A stretch of DNA of 64,000 nucleotides, from positions 5,642,001 to 5,706,000 of the forward strand of contig NC_090352.1 of NCBI RefSeq assembly GCF_035084215.1. Reading direction: 5' to 3'. Shown in pieces: positions 1 to 10,850 of the stretch. This DNA is from Heptranchias perlo. Taxonomy: Eukaryota. Within the stretch, counting starts at the first letter, position 1. Each line of letters starts with the position of its first letter. The position numbers and the translations under genes were made by a program. Below the pieces are notes generated by a model, which was not told the origin of the DNA, searched no databases, and saw only the letters and a list, made by a program, of their open reading frames with translations.

Positions 1-392
1 CTAGGAAGTCAATTCCCCAATATACCTGGCTGATAAATGGAACTCCCAGCCACTGGCCTGCTCTTGTCAAATCGGCCCTTAAATTGAATCTAACATTCAT
101 CTCCTCAGGTAAAATGTAACTCTGACGAGGGAAAACTAGAACTCCCTCGTGAGTTCTCTCGAGGTGTGAAGCACCACAGCCCAAGAAAGTTCCTTCGTTC
201 TCTAAAACACATATGCAAGACGTCTTACAATGTATCGCTGTTATGGCACCATCTAGTAATCTTCAGAGGCCATAAAATCCTTGGGAATCAGCCAAATCCA
301 TCAGACTTTGGGCACATAATGAACTTTCAACTTATCATCAGTGTCTGGAACAAATAGCCAATTGCTTGTAATTACGGAGTAGTTAAAACATT

Positions 393-1158
393 GGGCCACA
401 AATTACTCACCCGAGGACGCTGTGTTGGAATGGCGTCCTCTCCGACCGCCAGCGAATCGATGGAGTAAGTTCGCGAATGTGCATATGCGCAGTGAGACCC
501 GGAAACTGCGAACTTGCTCCCATTGGTTCGCTGGCGGTTTAACAGTTCCGAATTAAAGGGCCACCTACGCTACAATCAAACACAATTAGGAAACATTCGT
601 AAACTTACCCATCTGCCCAGATGGAACGAAGATACTCACGACTCCAAAACCAAGCTGGAAAATACCAGCCCTACGCTACGTTTTGAAAGCACGGTGACCG
701 TCAATGACTGCGAAACAACAAAAAATTAAACTTTAAAAATGTGGAACATCAAATTACTTTTATTTTATAATTCAATATATTAAATATTTTTTGATCATTA
801 AAAAAACATTTTAAAATTAAAAATGTAATTTTTTTAAACTTCTGTAAGTTTCAGTAAATTAAATCATTTCCTTGGCTTTTTATAATAATGTATGTTAAAT
901 TTTTATTTATACTAACGTCGAGTCATTAAATGAACGAGTTTTACTTGCCTGCTTGTGGGCGGGGCTTCCATTCTGACAGCCATTTTCCGTGTGCTTCAGC
1001 CCACGATGTTGAGAGGCTGAGCTGATCTCGCGATTTCTTTTCCTGCGTTTCAATTCAAGCGATTCTACGCCATGGATACGAAGTAAGTTTAATCCTTTCA
1101 TTTTATTCGTAGGGGCTGCTGTGGACTTTACCACACTGAAGTGAGCATTTTCCAGCCC
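393..1158. mobile_element. Non-autonomous PIF/Harbinger-type element (MITE)
   Basis: Termini GGGCCACAAAT...ATTTTCCAGCCC form imperfect TIRs; 3-bp TSD ATT at 390-392 and 1159-1161; CpG-rich arms around an AT-rich core. Confidence 0.7.
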
Positions 1159-1269
1159 ATTAATGCGTTTAAAGGTGGGCGAGGAAAATATTTTGGCTAA
1201 AGTGGGCAGGAGGGTTGATTTTGGAGTTAAAACTGGCCTCTGGCCTCAGACATAATACTGACTGCAACT

Positions 1270-1605
1270 ATGTATACACAACCAGTCAAAGACAAAGCAC
1301 GCACACTCATACACACACACCCATCCATCCACATATACAAACACACAGCACACACACATATACACAGACCTACCCACTACATATACAAACACATAACACG
1401 TACACATATCCACACACACAAATACTAACACATAATATACATGCAGACCCACCCACACACAAATACAAACACATAGTGCACACATATGCACACACATATA
1501 CAAACACATAGCGTGCACACACACATATACACACACATACACGCACATACACACATACAAACACATAGCGCACACATACACACACCATGCACATACCATG
1601 TGCAC
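1270..1605. repeat. Degenerate (CA)n/(CATA)n microsatellite
   Basis: Long CACACA/CATATA run; explains the spurious HT/CV-rich ORFs at 1215-1641. Confidence 0.95.
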
Positions 1606-2149
1606 AGTCATCACTGGTCTTATAGCTGAATTTGTCTCCACGTTTTGCTATGTTACAAAGAAAGAAGCTGTTATTTTTGCTGGAAGGTTAGGCTAATGGG
1701 TTGGCAGATTAGTTTTGAAGGCTTTCAGCAGGCAGGTTCACAGGTTCAAATCTAAGGAGGGATTATTTTGTAATTGTTGCCACTGAGTTCACAAACGAGG
1801 TAAAATTGGTTTTCTTTCTTTCGCACTTGAATGAGAGTTGGAACAAAAATGTCACTTTGTTTTTTTATCAGGCAAATGTAGAGGTCGAAATTCAGATATC
1901 AACTTCTGAAAAATAATTTACAGTAAATGAGAAATTCCAGAGCGCCAGATAACATATTGCATTTCCAGGTTTTATACTGGGTAACTAAATACACCAGAAT
2001 CACTGTTTGAAATCTCCAATGACACGACCTTAACCAGTACTAAAAATTCCACAGCAAGCAGTGCAAACAGTAAAGGAACTGATTTCCTGAAACATTTCAG
2101 AGACTTGTTTGTGTATTTTTGGTGTATTTTCTGGTATGGTCTGCATCCC

Positions 2150-2925
2150 CTCCTCAAAAAACCCACCCTTTACCCCTCTGTCCTTACCACCCCATCTCCC
2201 TTACCTCTCAAGTCCTTGAACCTGTTGTCACCTCCTTAATCCTTTCCTACAACTCTCTGTTTGAATCTCTCGAATCAGGTTTCCACTCCTACCACAGCAC
2301 TGAAACGGCCGTAACCAATTCTGCGTGATGGTGACTCTGGGTACATTATCCTTCCCCATCCTCCTCAACCTCTCCGCAGCCTTTGCCATGGTCAACCACA
2401 CCGTCCTCCTCCAAGGCCTCTCCTTTATTGTCCAGATCAGTGGGACTACCCATGCTTGGTTCCACTCTCCGACTGTAGCCGGAGCATCTCTAGCAATGAT
2501 TTCTCTTTCTACCCCCGCATCGTTATCTCCAAAATCGTACAAGAATCTATCCTTGGCCCCCTCCTTTTCCTCATTCGTATGTAAGCTGAAACCCAGCTCT
2601 ACCATATCTTTTGACCCTTCTTTTGCCTCTGCCCTGTCAGATTGCTTATCCGACATCCAGTCTTGGTTGAACTGCAATTTCCTCCAGCTAAATATCAGGA
2701 AGACCGAAGCCATTGACTTCAGCACCCGCCATAAATTCCATAACCTTGCCACCGTTTCTACCCACTTCCCTAGCTACAGTCTCAAATTGACCCAGACTAT
2801 TCACAACCTTATCCGACCCTGAGTTGAGTTTCCGATCCCATATCCTCTCAATCACGATATCTGCTGACTTTCCCCTCCATACCGTCATCTGCCTCTGCCC
2901 TGCCTCAGCCCAACATCCAATCCTT
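2150..2925 (+). mobile_element. Old L2 LINE RT fragment
   Basis: Translated pieces ILLNLSAAFAMVNHTVLL and LSDCLSDIQSWLNCNFLQLNIRKTEAI are typical of L2 ORF2; frameshifted. Confidence 0.85.
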
Positions 2926-3398
2926 TGCCATGGTCCAGAACATGCATCAGGAAATCACATTGACGTTGGTGTATGTTCTGGCATGGTTTGACATATCTGT
3001 TGGTGTATTGTCTTTGGTTTGGTCTCTTTTATGCTCTTTGACTGATTCTGCATTAGAAAACCTGCTAATTTACATCCTTACAAGTGCCAAATATAGAAAC
3101 CGTGGAGCATGCTCAATGCAGACAACCATTCACAAAAGACGATTTGACTGCATCTGCTGTCCTCACCAGCTTAATGACTGTGAAGTGGTCTAAATTCTGA
3201 CAGAAATGCTATTAAGTGAAGGGCCTTTTCCTCTCCATCTCTTTCAAGTCTGATTTGATAACAAAGACAAAGTTCATTTCATAAGTGGTGGGAGCCAATT
3301 ACTGCCTTGGTTCACCATTGGATAACAGAAACAATTAAGGCACACAAAATGCCTGATGCAGTAGAATTAAAAGAAAATCTCATGTTAGTCTTTTTCAG

Positions 3399-3616
3399 CG
3401 TTTCAACAAACACTGACCTTCAGAGCTTAGTGTACACACACACACAAGGAAACTTCAGGAGTGCCGTGACTCTCAATTCTTCTCCCGAGGTGGATTTCTG
3501 CAAGATCGACTCAAGGGACGAATCGCTCTCGGTGGACTGTGACTCAGAGTCTATACCCCAGAACCTGACAAATTTGGCAGAAACAATAGACGCTGGTGGA
3601 CTGATCTTCAGTCTTG
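3399..3616 (+). CDS. Candidate internal coding exon, possibly LamG/TSPN-like (VSTNTDLQSLVYTHTQGNFRSAVTLNSSPEVDFCKIDSRDESLSVDCDSESIPQNLTNLAETIDAGGLIFSL)
   Basis: Acceptor TTTTTCAG at 3391-3398 and donor GTGAGT at 3617; open frame; non-repetitive and CpG-retaining; LSVDC...IDAGGLIFSLG resembles the 'LxVDC...IDxxGxxxxG' segment of TSPN domains (inference). Confidence 0.35.
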
Positions 3617-3799
3617 GTGAGTCGCTGATTTGTTAACTCTCCGTGGAAGAGTTGGAGTCAAAGATGTCATCGGATGAGACTTGTTTACACTTGTTTACCT
3701 ACACAACAACGGTGACTGCACTTCAAAGTATTTAATTGGATGTGAGCTACTTCGAGAACTTCCAAGAACTTGATAAGGCATTATATAAGCACAAATTAG

Positions 3800-4140
3800 G
3801 AACATAGGAATTGCTGGATGAAAAAGACCAAGGTCCATTTAGTTAACCTTCTAGTAACCTGGTTGTCGCATGATACAGGAATTGTTACTAAACATAGCAA
3901 TCAATCTCTATCAATTAGTCTACAACAGATCCAGACATGACACAAGGAAATCTCCCAGTGGTGGAGAGCTTTGGGAACCATAGGTCCAAAGTCATCTGTT
4001 CCTCCCAAGCCTGCTACACTTACCACATCATGTCTCAAATTACTTATAGACTGTATCCCAAAATGTTCTTTCTTTCCTGATGATTCATCCATCTCCAGTA
4101 GTAATTCAGTGCTATTCATAGCTCCTTCTTAAATAGAAGG
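3800..4140 (-). mobile_element. 3' end of a CR1-like LINE family with long 3'UTR
   Basis: Same sequence (ATAGGAATTGCTGGATG...GGAGAGCTTTGGGAACCATAGG) recurs at about 25890-27460 and 60460-60690; the 27-kb copy continues into CR1-like antisense ORF2 sequence. Confidence 0.6.
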
Positions 4141-5730
4141 GCTCAAGATGCCTCTGTTTGCCTGAGAGAAACTAGTCTTTTGACAGCCTCTTGCACACCA
4201 GCCAATATTTGATAAGGCTCTTAGGTTTGGGAAAATGGACCTGAGACCAAACAAGATCATCAGGGGAGTGAGGGGAACCTGTGGCGGAGAATGGACAGGA
4301 TCAAAGCCGACAGTGTTCTATTTATTACCTGTGGTGTCACCGCTGCTCCCTCCCATGCCCCCGCCACCCAGGTGGCTGGGAAAACCATCTCCTGAGGTGG
4401 TTCTTGATGCTTTCAGAGGCAGTACTGCCGCCTCATTTAACTTTACAGCATTGCTGCCAAAATTGCCCAATTTTGTCAGGTCAGTGGCAACACTAATGTC
4501 CTCTCACTTTGTCGGGCAACTTCATGATCCCCCCTCCCCAGTCATCAGACCTCATCAACCAGTGGCCCCTCCTCCTTTTGAGATTTGTGGTGAATAAGCA
4601 ACATTATATCAATTAAAATTATATCAATTAAAATTTCATATCTCATTTAGTTTTTTTTGTTATATTAGCGAAGCTGTCGACGTATCAAAAGAGTACATCA
4701 TTTTTACCAAATATTCCACCATCTCCATGCCCATGGATTTTAATAATTTGTTGACTCTTTAGAATCATTTTCTAATGAGTTGGCAGAACAAACACTGACA
4801 TTGAATCATGTCATAGAAATACTAGGGTCAGTATTCCAGTCCTGATTGAGTGAAGCCAGGTTCAGAACAGTGCGTGTTCACTGCTCATCGAAGAAGACAT
4901 ACTCCAACCCGAGAGTTTGGTCACTTTACACAATGTATGTGAGTTCCTGGCATAGCTTTAACCTGCAGTCGGGAACTTACCAAAGGGAATGTTGGGAATG
5001 TATTTTGGTAATAATATAGACAAAGGCTGCAGTCCTGTGTCTATGCGCCAAGAATGAGTTCGAAACACAGAGTCAAACATTTGGAGGTTTATTCAGGGTT
5101 AAGTGTATAGGCGTATTCATGGCCAACACCAAGATTACAACAGATGTTGCCACAGAAGAACGCATGTTACAGACAGTTGAGCTCAACTTTCTCTCTCTCT
5201 TCCTCCTCCCAATATCTCCCAACCTCATATTACAAAGGTTTCACTTTTAAGCTCAGCTCAAAGGCCATTACATCACCTCCTCCATGACCTCCACTCTTGG
5301 TTTTACATTAGGTATTATTAGCTCAACACACCTCAAAAAGGCTCCACAGCACAATCTCAGCGCAGAACACAAACTACCTTATCTATTTACTTGTACAGAA
5401 AAGAATACATTTATTGATGTATCCATGAGAAGATTAGAACTCTCCAAGGCTATACTATATGATGAAAGTTACAGCCTTACAGATATTACCTGTCAGCTAC
5501 ATTTGCAGGTTTTTAATTCCATTATTATTTTTAATAATGGATTATTTTCTTACAAAATGTATTCTTTTATCTCTCAAACTTGATCTCCAACAGAAAGGGA
5601 GGGTGCAGGGGCGGAAAATCACGTGAGACTGCAGACATTAAAGAGCTGCTGCGAAATTTAAAGGGACGTAGCTACTTAAAAGGTAAGTGGCTGCATTTAG
5701 GGGGAAAACAAATCAGCCTTTGTAAACAAC

Positions 5731-5906
5731 GGGGTAGATTTTGACTTTGTGCGATAGTGTAAAGTGGATGATAGCGAGTTGGCAGCTCATGTTATATCTC
5801 TCCTGATTCCTTTCACTTCAATAAGTGAAAATTGGGAGAGATGTAGAAAGGCTGCCGACTCACTCTCACCCGTTTTACACTATCTCACAATGTCAAGATC
5901 TACCCC
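5731..5906. mobile_element. Palindromic Harbinger-type MITE
   Basis: GGGGTAGATTTTGAC...GTCAAGATCTACCCC; whole-length fold-back; TSD AAC at 5728-5730 and 5907-5909. Confidence 0.85.
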
Positions 5907-6519
5907 AACGTATGTGTAAAATGCCTATTTCAATATTTCCAGGGTCTGTTTGGGGAAGATGAAAGCGCTTGCCAAAATCGATTTGCGGTCACAAAATAGA
6001 GTCTGTCGATGGATGACGGAGCAGAGCAACGCCCTTCCTCCATTTGGTGACCAGTAAACTGGATGATGCTGCATGAGATGAGTGCAAGGACGATTGACGC
6101 CCTGCTTGGCGCTCCGTGGCATTCCCTCCAGAAGATGGCAGTGCCTCGTGTGCGACAGGAGGTGGCAGTCCAGGCTCAAGGTAGAGCAGCCCGCCAGTGA
6201 GCCAAAAACAAGACACCACCATGCAGCATCTCACATCCCTCTCATCAAGTATTGACATCCTTCTCATAGAGGCTGTTTGAGGAGGTAGCACCAGGTGAAT
6301 CACAGTGCACGGCTGAGGGGGACCAAGAGGTGGTGTCAGAGGAGCAGCAGGAGCCTGCTGCCCAGGTGGCTAACATGGCCACCATCAATCACCCCTGTAC
6401 TTTCTCAAATGCAGCAGTGCAGTGAAATTGGGCAGACCCGCCATGCTCCTATTAAAAAGTAAAAGAAAGAGCTTGCATTTTACTGCTCACCCATGACCAG
6501 CCCTTGCATAAAAGGAAAA

Positions 6520-6750
6520 AAAAGAAAGCCTTGCATTTATATAGCCCCTTTCATGACCCAAAGCGCTTTACAGCAAATGAAGTACTTTTTAAAGTGTTGT
6601 CACTGTTGTAATGTAGGAAACGTGGCAGCCAATTTGAGCATAGCAAGATCCCACAAACAGCAATGAAATAAACGGCTAGATGATCTGTTTTAGGTGTTGG
6701 CTGAGGGATAAATATTGGCCAGGACACCGGGAGAACTCCCCTGCTCTTCT
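6520..6750 (-). mobile_element. Deu-domain tRNA-SINE, 3' part
   Basis: Reverse complement of the SINE body and tail seen full length at 43405-43850. Confidence 0.8.
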
Positions 6751-7789
6751 TCCCTGCCTTTGGTCATTGGCTGATAGTTGCATAAAGGACTGCAGATATG
6801 GTGGGTACCATAGTGGTAGCTGCAGCCACAATGAAACTTTAATGAAAACAACAGAGAGTTAAGCATTGCGACAAAAACAAAACATTCAAAGCCCGCTCAT
6901 CTTTAAGAGCTCCATTGCATGTGAAGTGTTCATTGCACCCGTTCAAAACGGGTTTTGAAGGAAAGAGCACAATATGGCACCCATTATTCATTTAAATATT
7001 TTTGCACAAATTAGTGGGGCAATGGGAAGTAGGGATAAAGTTTCTGATGTACCAGGAGCAGACGCATGGAATTTCTGGCACCAAATGTGTGCAACCAAAA
7101 CAAGCAAGCGGACCAGAAAATCGCGTGTCGAAGGAGGTGGGCGCAAATCATGCCTATGGCCTGCCCGCCCAGTTTTCCGATCCCTCTGCGCCACCTTAGG
7201 AGCTATTCGGAAAACCCACCTCCACCCCACAGCCTGACAATGGAACGGTCAGCTGATGTCAATCTGCGTAGCTGTCAGACCGATGCCAGTTGGTGCCAGG
7301 CCCACCGTGTTCCAGCTCGTCTCTGATGGGGCCTGGATCAAGCTGTCAGAAATCATGTCAGGTTACAAGGCCTGCCTGGGCGCATGTAAACTGCAGGGGT
7401 ATATTAGAGCTGCTTTTGTAAATCGAATGTTTGAGCATGAGAGAGAGAGAGAAAGGTCAGAGATATTAGCAGTGTATTTAGATTAACCTATGTCTTGGAG
7501 GCAGAGCTGTTAATGAGGGGTGGGCACTTGTACCTCCAGAGGTAGAGAGGCCCACCTTACTAGGTATGTTTCCAAGGGGCCCACTGGAGGCAGACATAAC
7601 TGAATGGTCTTGGTGGCCTTGATGTCTTTGGTCACCTTTGTTTGCTGTCCTTGATGGGCTGAGCAATCAGCCTCCTGGCCTTACTGGCCTGTATGGGCCT
7701 CTCCAAAGCACTGGGAAAGATCACATGGGAACACCCAAAAGTACAGGATCAGAAAACATTCCAGTCCAAAAACAAATAAAGAAAAGAAA

Positions 7790-8050
7790 GACTTGAATTT
7801 ATATAGCGCCTTTCACATCCTCAGGATGCCTCAACGCGCTTCACAGCCAATGAAGTACTTTTGAAGCGATCACTGTTGAAATGTAGGAAATGCAACAGCC
7901 AATCCGCACACAGCAAGATCCCACAAACAGCAATGAGATAAATGGCCAGATAATCTGTTTTTAGTGAATGTTGATTGAGAGACCAAATATTGGCCAGGAA
8001 ACCAGGGAGATCACCCCTGCTCCACTTCGAATGGTACCATGGGATCTTTT
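7790..8050 (-). mobile_element. Deu-domain tRNA-SINE, 3' part
   Basis: Tail ...TTTATATAGCGCCTTTCAC and body matching other copies in the window. Confidence 0.8.
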
Positions 8051-8570
8051 GCATGCAAGTTGTTGTTTGTATGGACTTTTGAACAGCTGCACAGGTGTAA
8101 TTGTGTACACACGCAGTCAGTTTAGTGTTGGCACCGGTTCTGCGCATTTAGCTTGCAGTGTAAATAGGATAAATTCAGAGCAGATTCCACTGGAGTTGGT
8201 TTTCATGGGTTAGCAGGGTAATAAATCACTTAACTATAAATGGGTCACATCTGAGTTTAAATCAAATCAAGCAAAACCAGAAAAATCAGTAAAGCTTTTA
8301 TCTTGGTGACTCCAGGAGCAGACAAATGATCTATTTATTGTCCAGTTTTTTTTGCAATGACAGACACTTCAGCGATGTTTTGGTTAGACCTTCTGTTGTG
8401 TTTGATTATGGGGGGACCTGTGGCTCCTTTATATTACAGCCCAGCCTTCAGTAGCAGTACCTGAATCATCATCCAGCAACTATGGAGGAAGCAGTGGTAC
8501 CAGTAGTGAGTATGGGTGCTTTTGTAGTTAGCTTTTGTTCCTGGCCATGGGCCAGACTGAATACTCAAAG

Positions 8571-8825
8571 GAACATAGGAACAAGAGTAGGCCATTCAGC
8601 CCCTCTAGCCTCCTGCTCCGCCATTCAATAAGATCACGGCTGATCTGCAGCTCAAGTCTATTCACCCACCTTAGCTCCATATCCCTTGATACCCTTACCC
8701 AAAAAAAAACTATCGCTCTCAGTCCTGAAAGCTCCAATTGTCCCAGCACCCACTGCCTTTTGGTGTAGAGAATTCCAGATTTCTACTATCCTTTGTGTGA
8801 AAACGTACTTTCTGATTTCTCTCTT
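8571..8825 (-). mobile_element. CR1 3' fragment
   Basis: EIRKYVFTQRIVEIWNSL (CR1 ORF2 C-terminus) plus 3'UTR hairpin and tail. Confidence 0.85.
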
Positions 8826-10063
8826 ACTGCTCATTGGCCTGTATAAACCTTCCCCATCCTCAAGTACGTCCAGCGACAGACACAAAGGAACAAATTCAGG
8901 AATTTTACAGAAACACTCTGACTTGAAATGGTTCCATAATATGCAGGGGCCATCAAGGGCTGCAAAATTTCGAGAGGTTTCTGAAGCGTGCTGTGATTAT
9001 CACAAAGTGCAGGTACTGAATGATGGATAATTCGGTGCAAAAGCTTCGAGCTGCCACTTCTTGATTTGCTGCGTTACTATATTTATAAAAAAACGTTAAC
9101 ATGCTGAGGCGGTCTCTTGGGTGGGATACAGTTAAGTTAGTTATAGGTCGGAACACAGCCGAGAACTTTAACACTAGCCGATCGGCTGTTTTGTACTTGA
9201 TGAAGCATTGATTGTGCTGGCGTATTAAACGCATTTAACAAAGGTCTCCAGTTGGTTTTTAATTGAAATTAAATCATTCTTCTGACAGAAGTTGGAACTT
9301 TATTAAAAGACGCACTCATTTAAAGATTCAGCTAAATGCTTCTTTCACTTTGCCAGATATTCTCCCAAACTGCACGTTGTTAGATGGGCAGAAGTTTCTT
9401 ATATTTTTGGAGAACTTTCCACTCAGTGTGAAAGTTAAAAGATGTGACTTATTCCAGGAAACGTGTTCTCAGAAGGATTAGTTGCAAAAGCAGGAAATCT
9501 GTAAATCCCTGAAGGCTTACTGCAGGGTTACACAACCTGGTGGAGGATTGAGTCGTAAACACCAGGAAGGTTTCAGATTTGATTCCTGATCTCTGCTGAG
9601 CTCTCGGATGCACTATCAGGCAGGGAGTTATAATTGAATCATAGATTGATAACAGCATAGGAGGACGCCATTCGGCCCATCGAGCCCATGCCAGCTCTTT
9701 GTAAGACCAATCCATTTAGTCCCATTCCCCCGCTCCTTCCCCGTAGCCCTAAAAACTTATCGAGAAAAAAATGCAGTAAAGGTGTCAGTGTCAGCCTAGA
9801 TTATGTGCAAAAGTACCTGTAGTGGGACTTGATACCCACAACCTCCTGACTCAGAGGTGAGAGTGCTACCACTAAGCCACAGTTGACACGTGATAGCAGG
9901 GCCCTAGACTAAGTAGGGGAAAGATCATTTAGGGTTCCTCTTCCTCATCCAGTGACCCTGTTGGAAAGTGAATGTGTCAACGTCAGGTGAGGACAGACCC
10001 AAGCTTGGCTATAATTCCGCCATGGACCAATAGGTCATAACCCTCACTGTCTCGGCATGCATT

Positions 10064-10663
10064 GGTCTAGAAATTAGTCTGGGCCCGTTTTATCAGTTTT
10101 CGAGAGGCCCGGTGATTGATGTAAATTAGTCCTCGGGCCACATCAACGTACTCGGGTGAGCTGCTGGACTGTTCGAGCCTCCAAAGGTTGGAAAGATCAA
10201 TGTCAGACAACCTACCTCACTGGCTTCAGGCCCCAGGTAAGTCTCAGGAGGGGGATTGGAGTGGGCTATAGAGGGGAGGGGCGCAATTGTGACACCTGTG
10301 GATTTGGGGGAGCACTCCTGCTCCTTCTAGCTCCACAGGATGGGCTTAGTAATAAAAAAGCAATTTTTCAACTTACCTGGAGTTGGTGGCCGCAGGGGCC
10401 ACTGAAGAATCCTGAGTGGAGCAAGCCCAATGCCGACCCTGCTCATCGGCAGCTAATTTCCCGATGGGGATCTTCAATGGGCGTTAGGTCCCTAATTTAC
10501 ATATTCATGGTGCTTAAAGCCTGTCTTCCTGGGACATCCTAAAAAGGCCCCCGTAAATTCAGCAGTGGAAGCAATGCCTGCCCAGATTGGGCGCAGGACG
10601 TCCCACTGCTAAACCTATAAGCTTTGTGCCTGTTTTATGCCTGAAAATACCAATTTCTACCGC
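10064..10663. mobile_element. Non-autonomous Harbinger-type element
   Basis: Ends GGTCTAGAAATT...AATTTCTACCGC; TSD ATT at 10061-10063 and 10664-10666. Confidence 0.7.
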
Positions 10664-10850
10664 ATTGAGCCTCGAGTTGGGACATGTGGGTGAGCTATCA
10701 AAATGCAGCAAGGTCTGAATAATCACACCCTTACACGAATCATCATCTTTCACACAGAAGAGGAAAAATTGGAGTGGAAATCTAAAAAACATTTCATTGG
10801 GTTCATTTCATGGTTTTATACACTTACCCAATGGGACTCCATTCTTCATT

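Noticed and set aside
120-160. CTGACGA followed by a hairpin (ACGAGGGA/TCCCTCGT) as a possible hammerhead
   Set aside because: No GAAA follows stem II and there is no stem I/III; the core itself is sequestered in the hairpin
1215-1641. His/Thr- and Cys/Val-rich ORFs
   Set aside because: They are translations of a CA microsatellite
8911-9012. Exon-like KHSDLKWFHNMQGPSRAAKFREVSEA resembling a J-domain helix
   Set aside because: No HPD motif, weak splice signals and no flanking DnaJ exons
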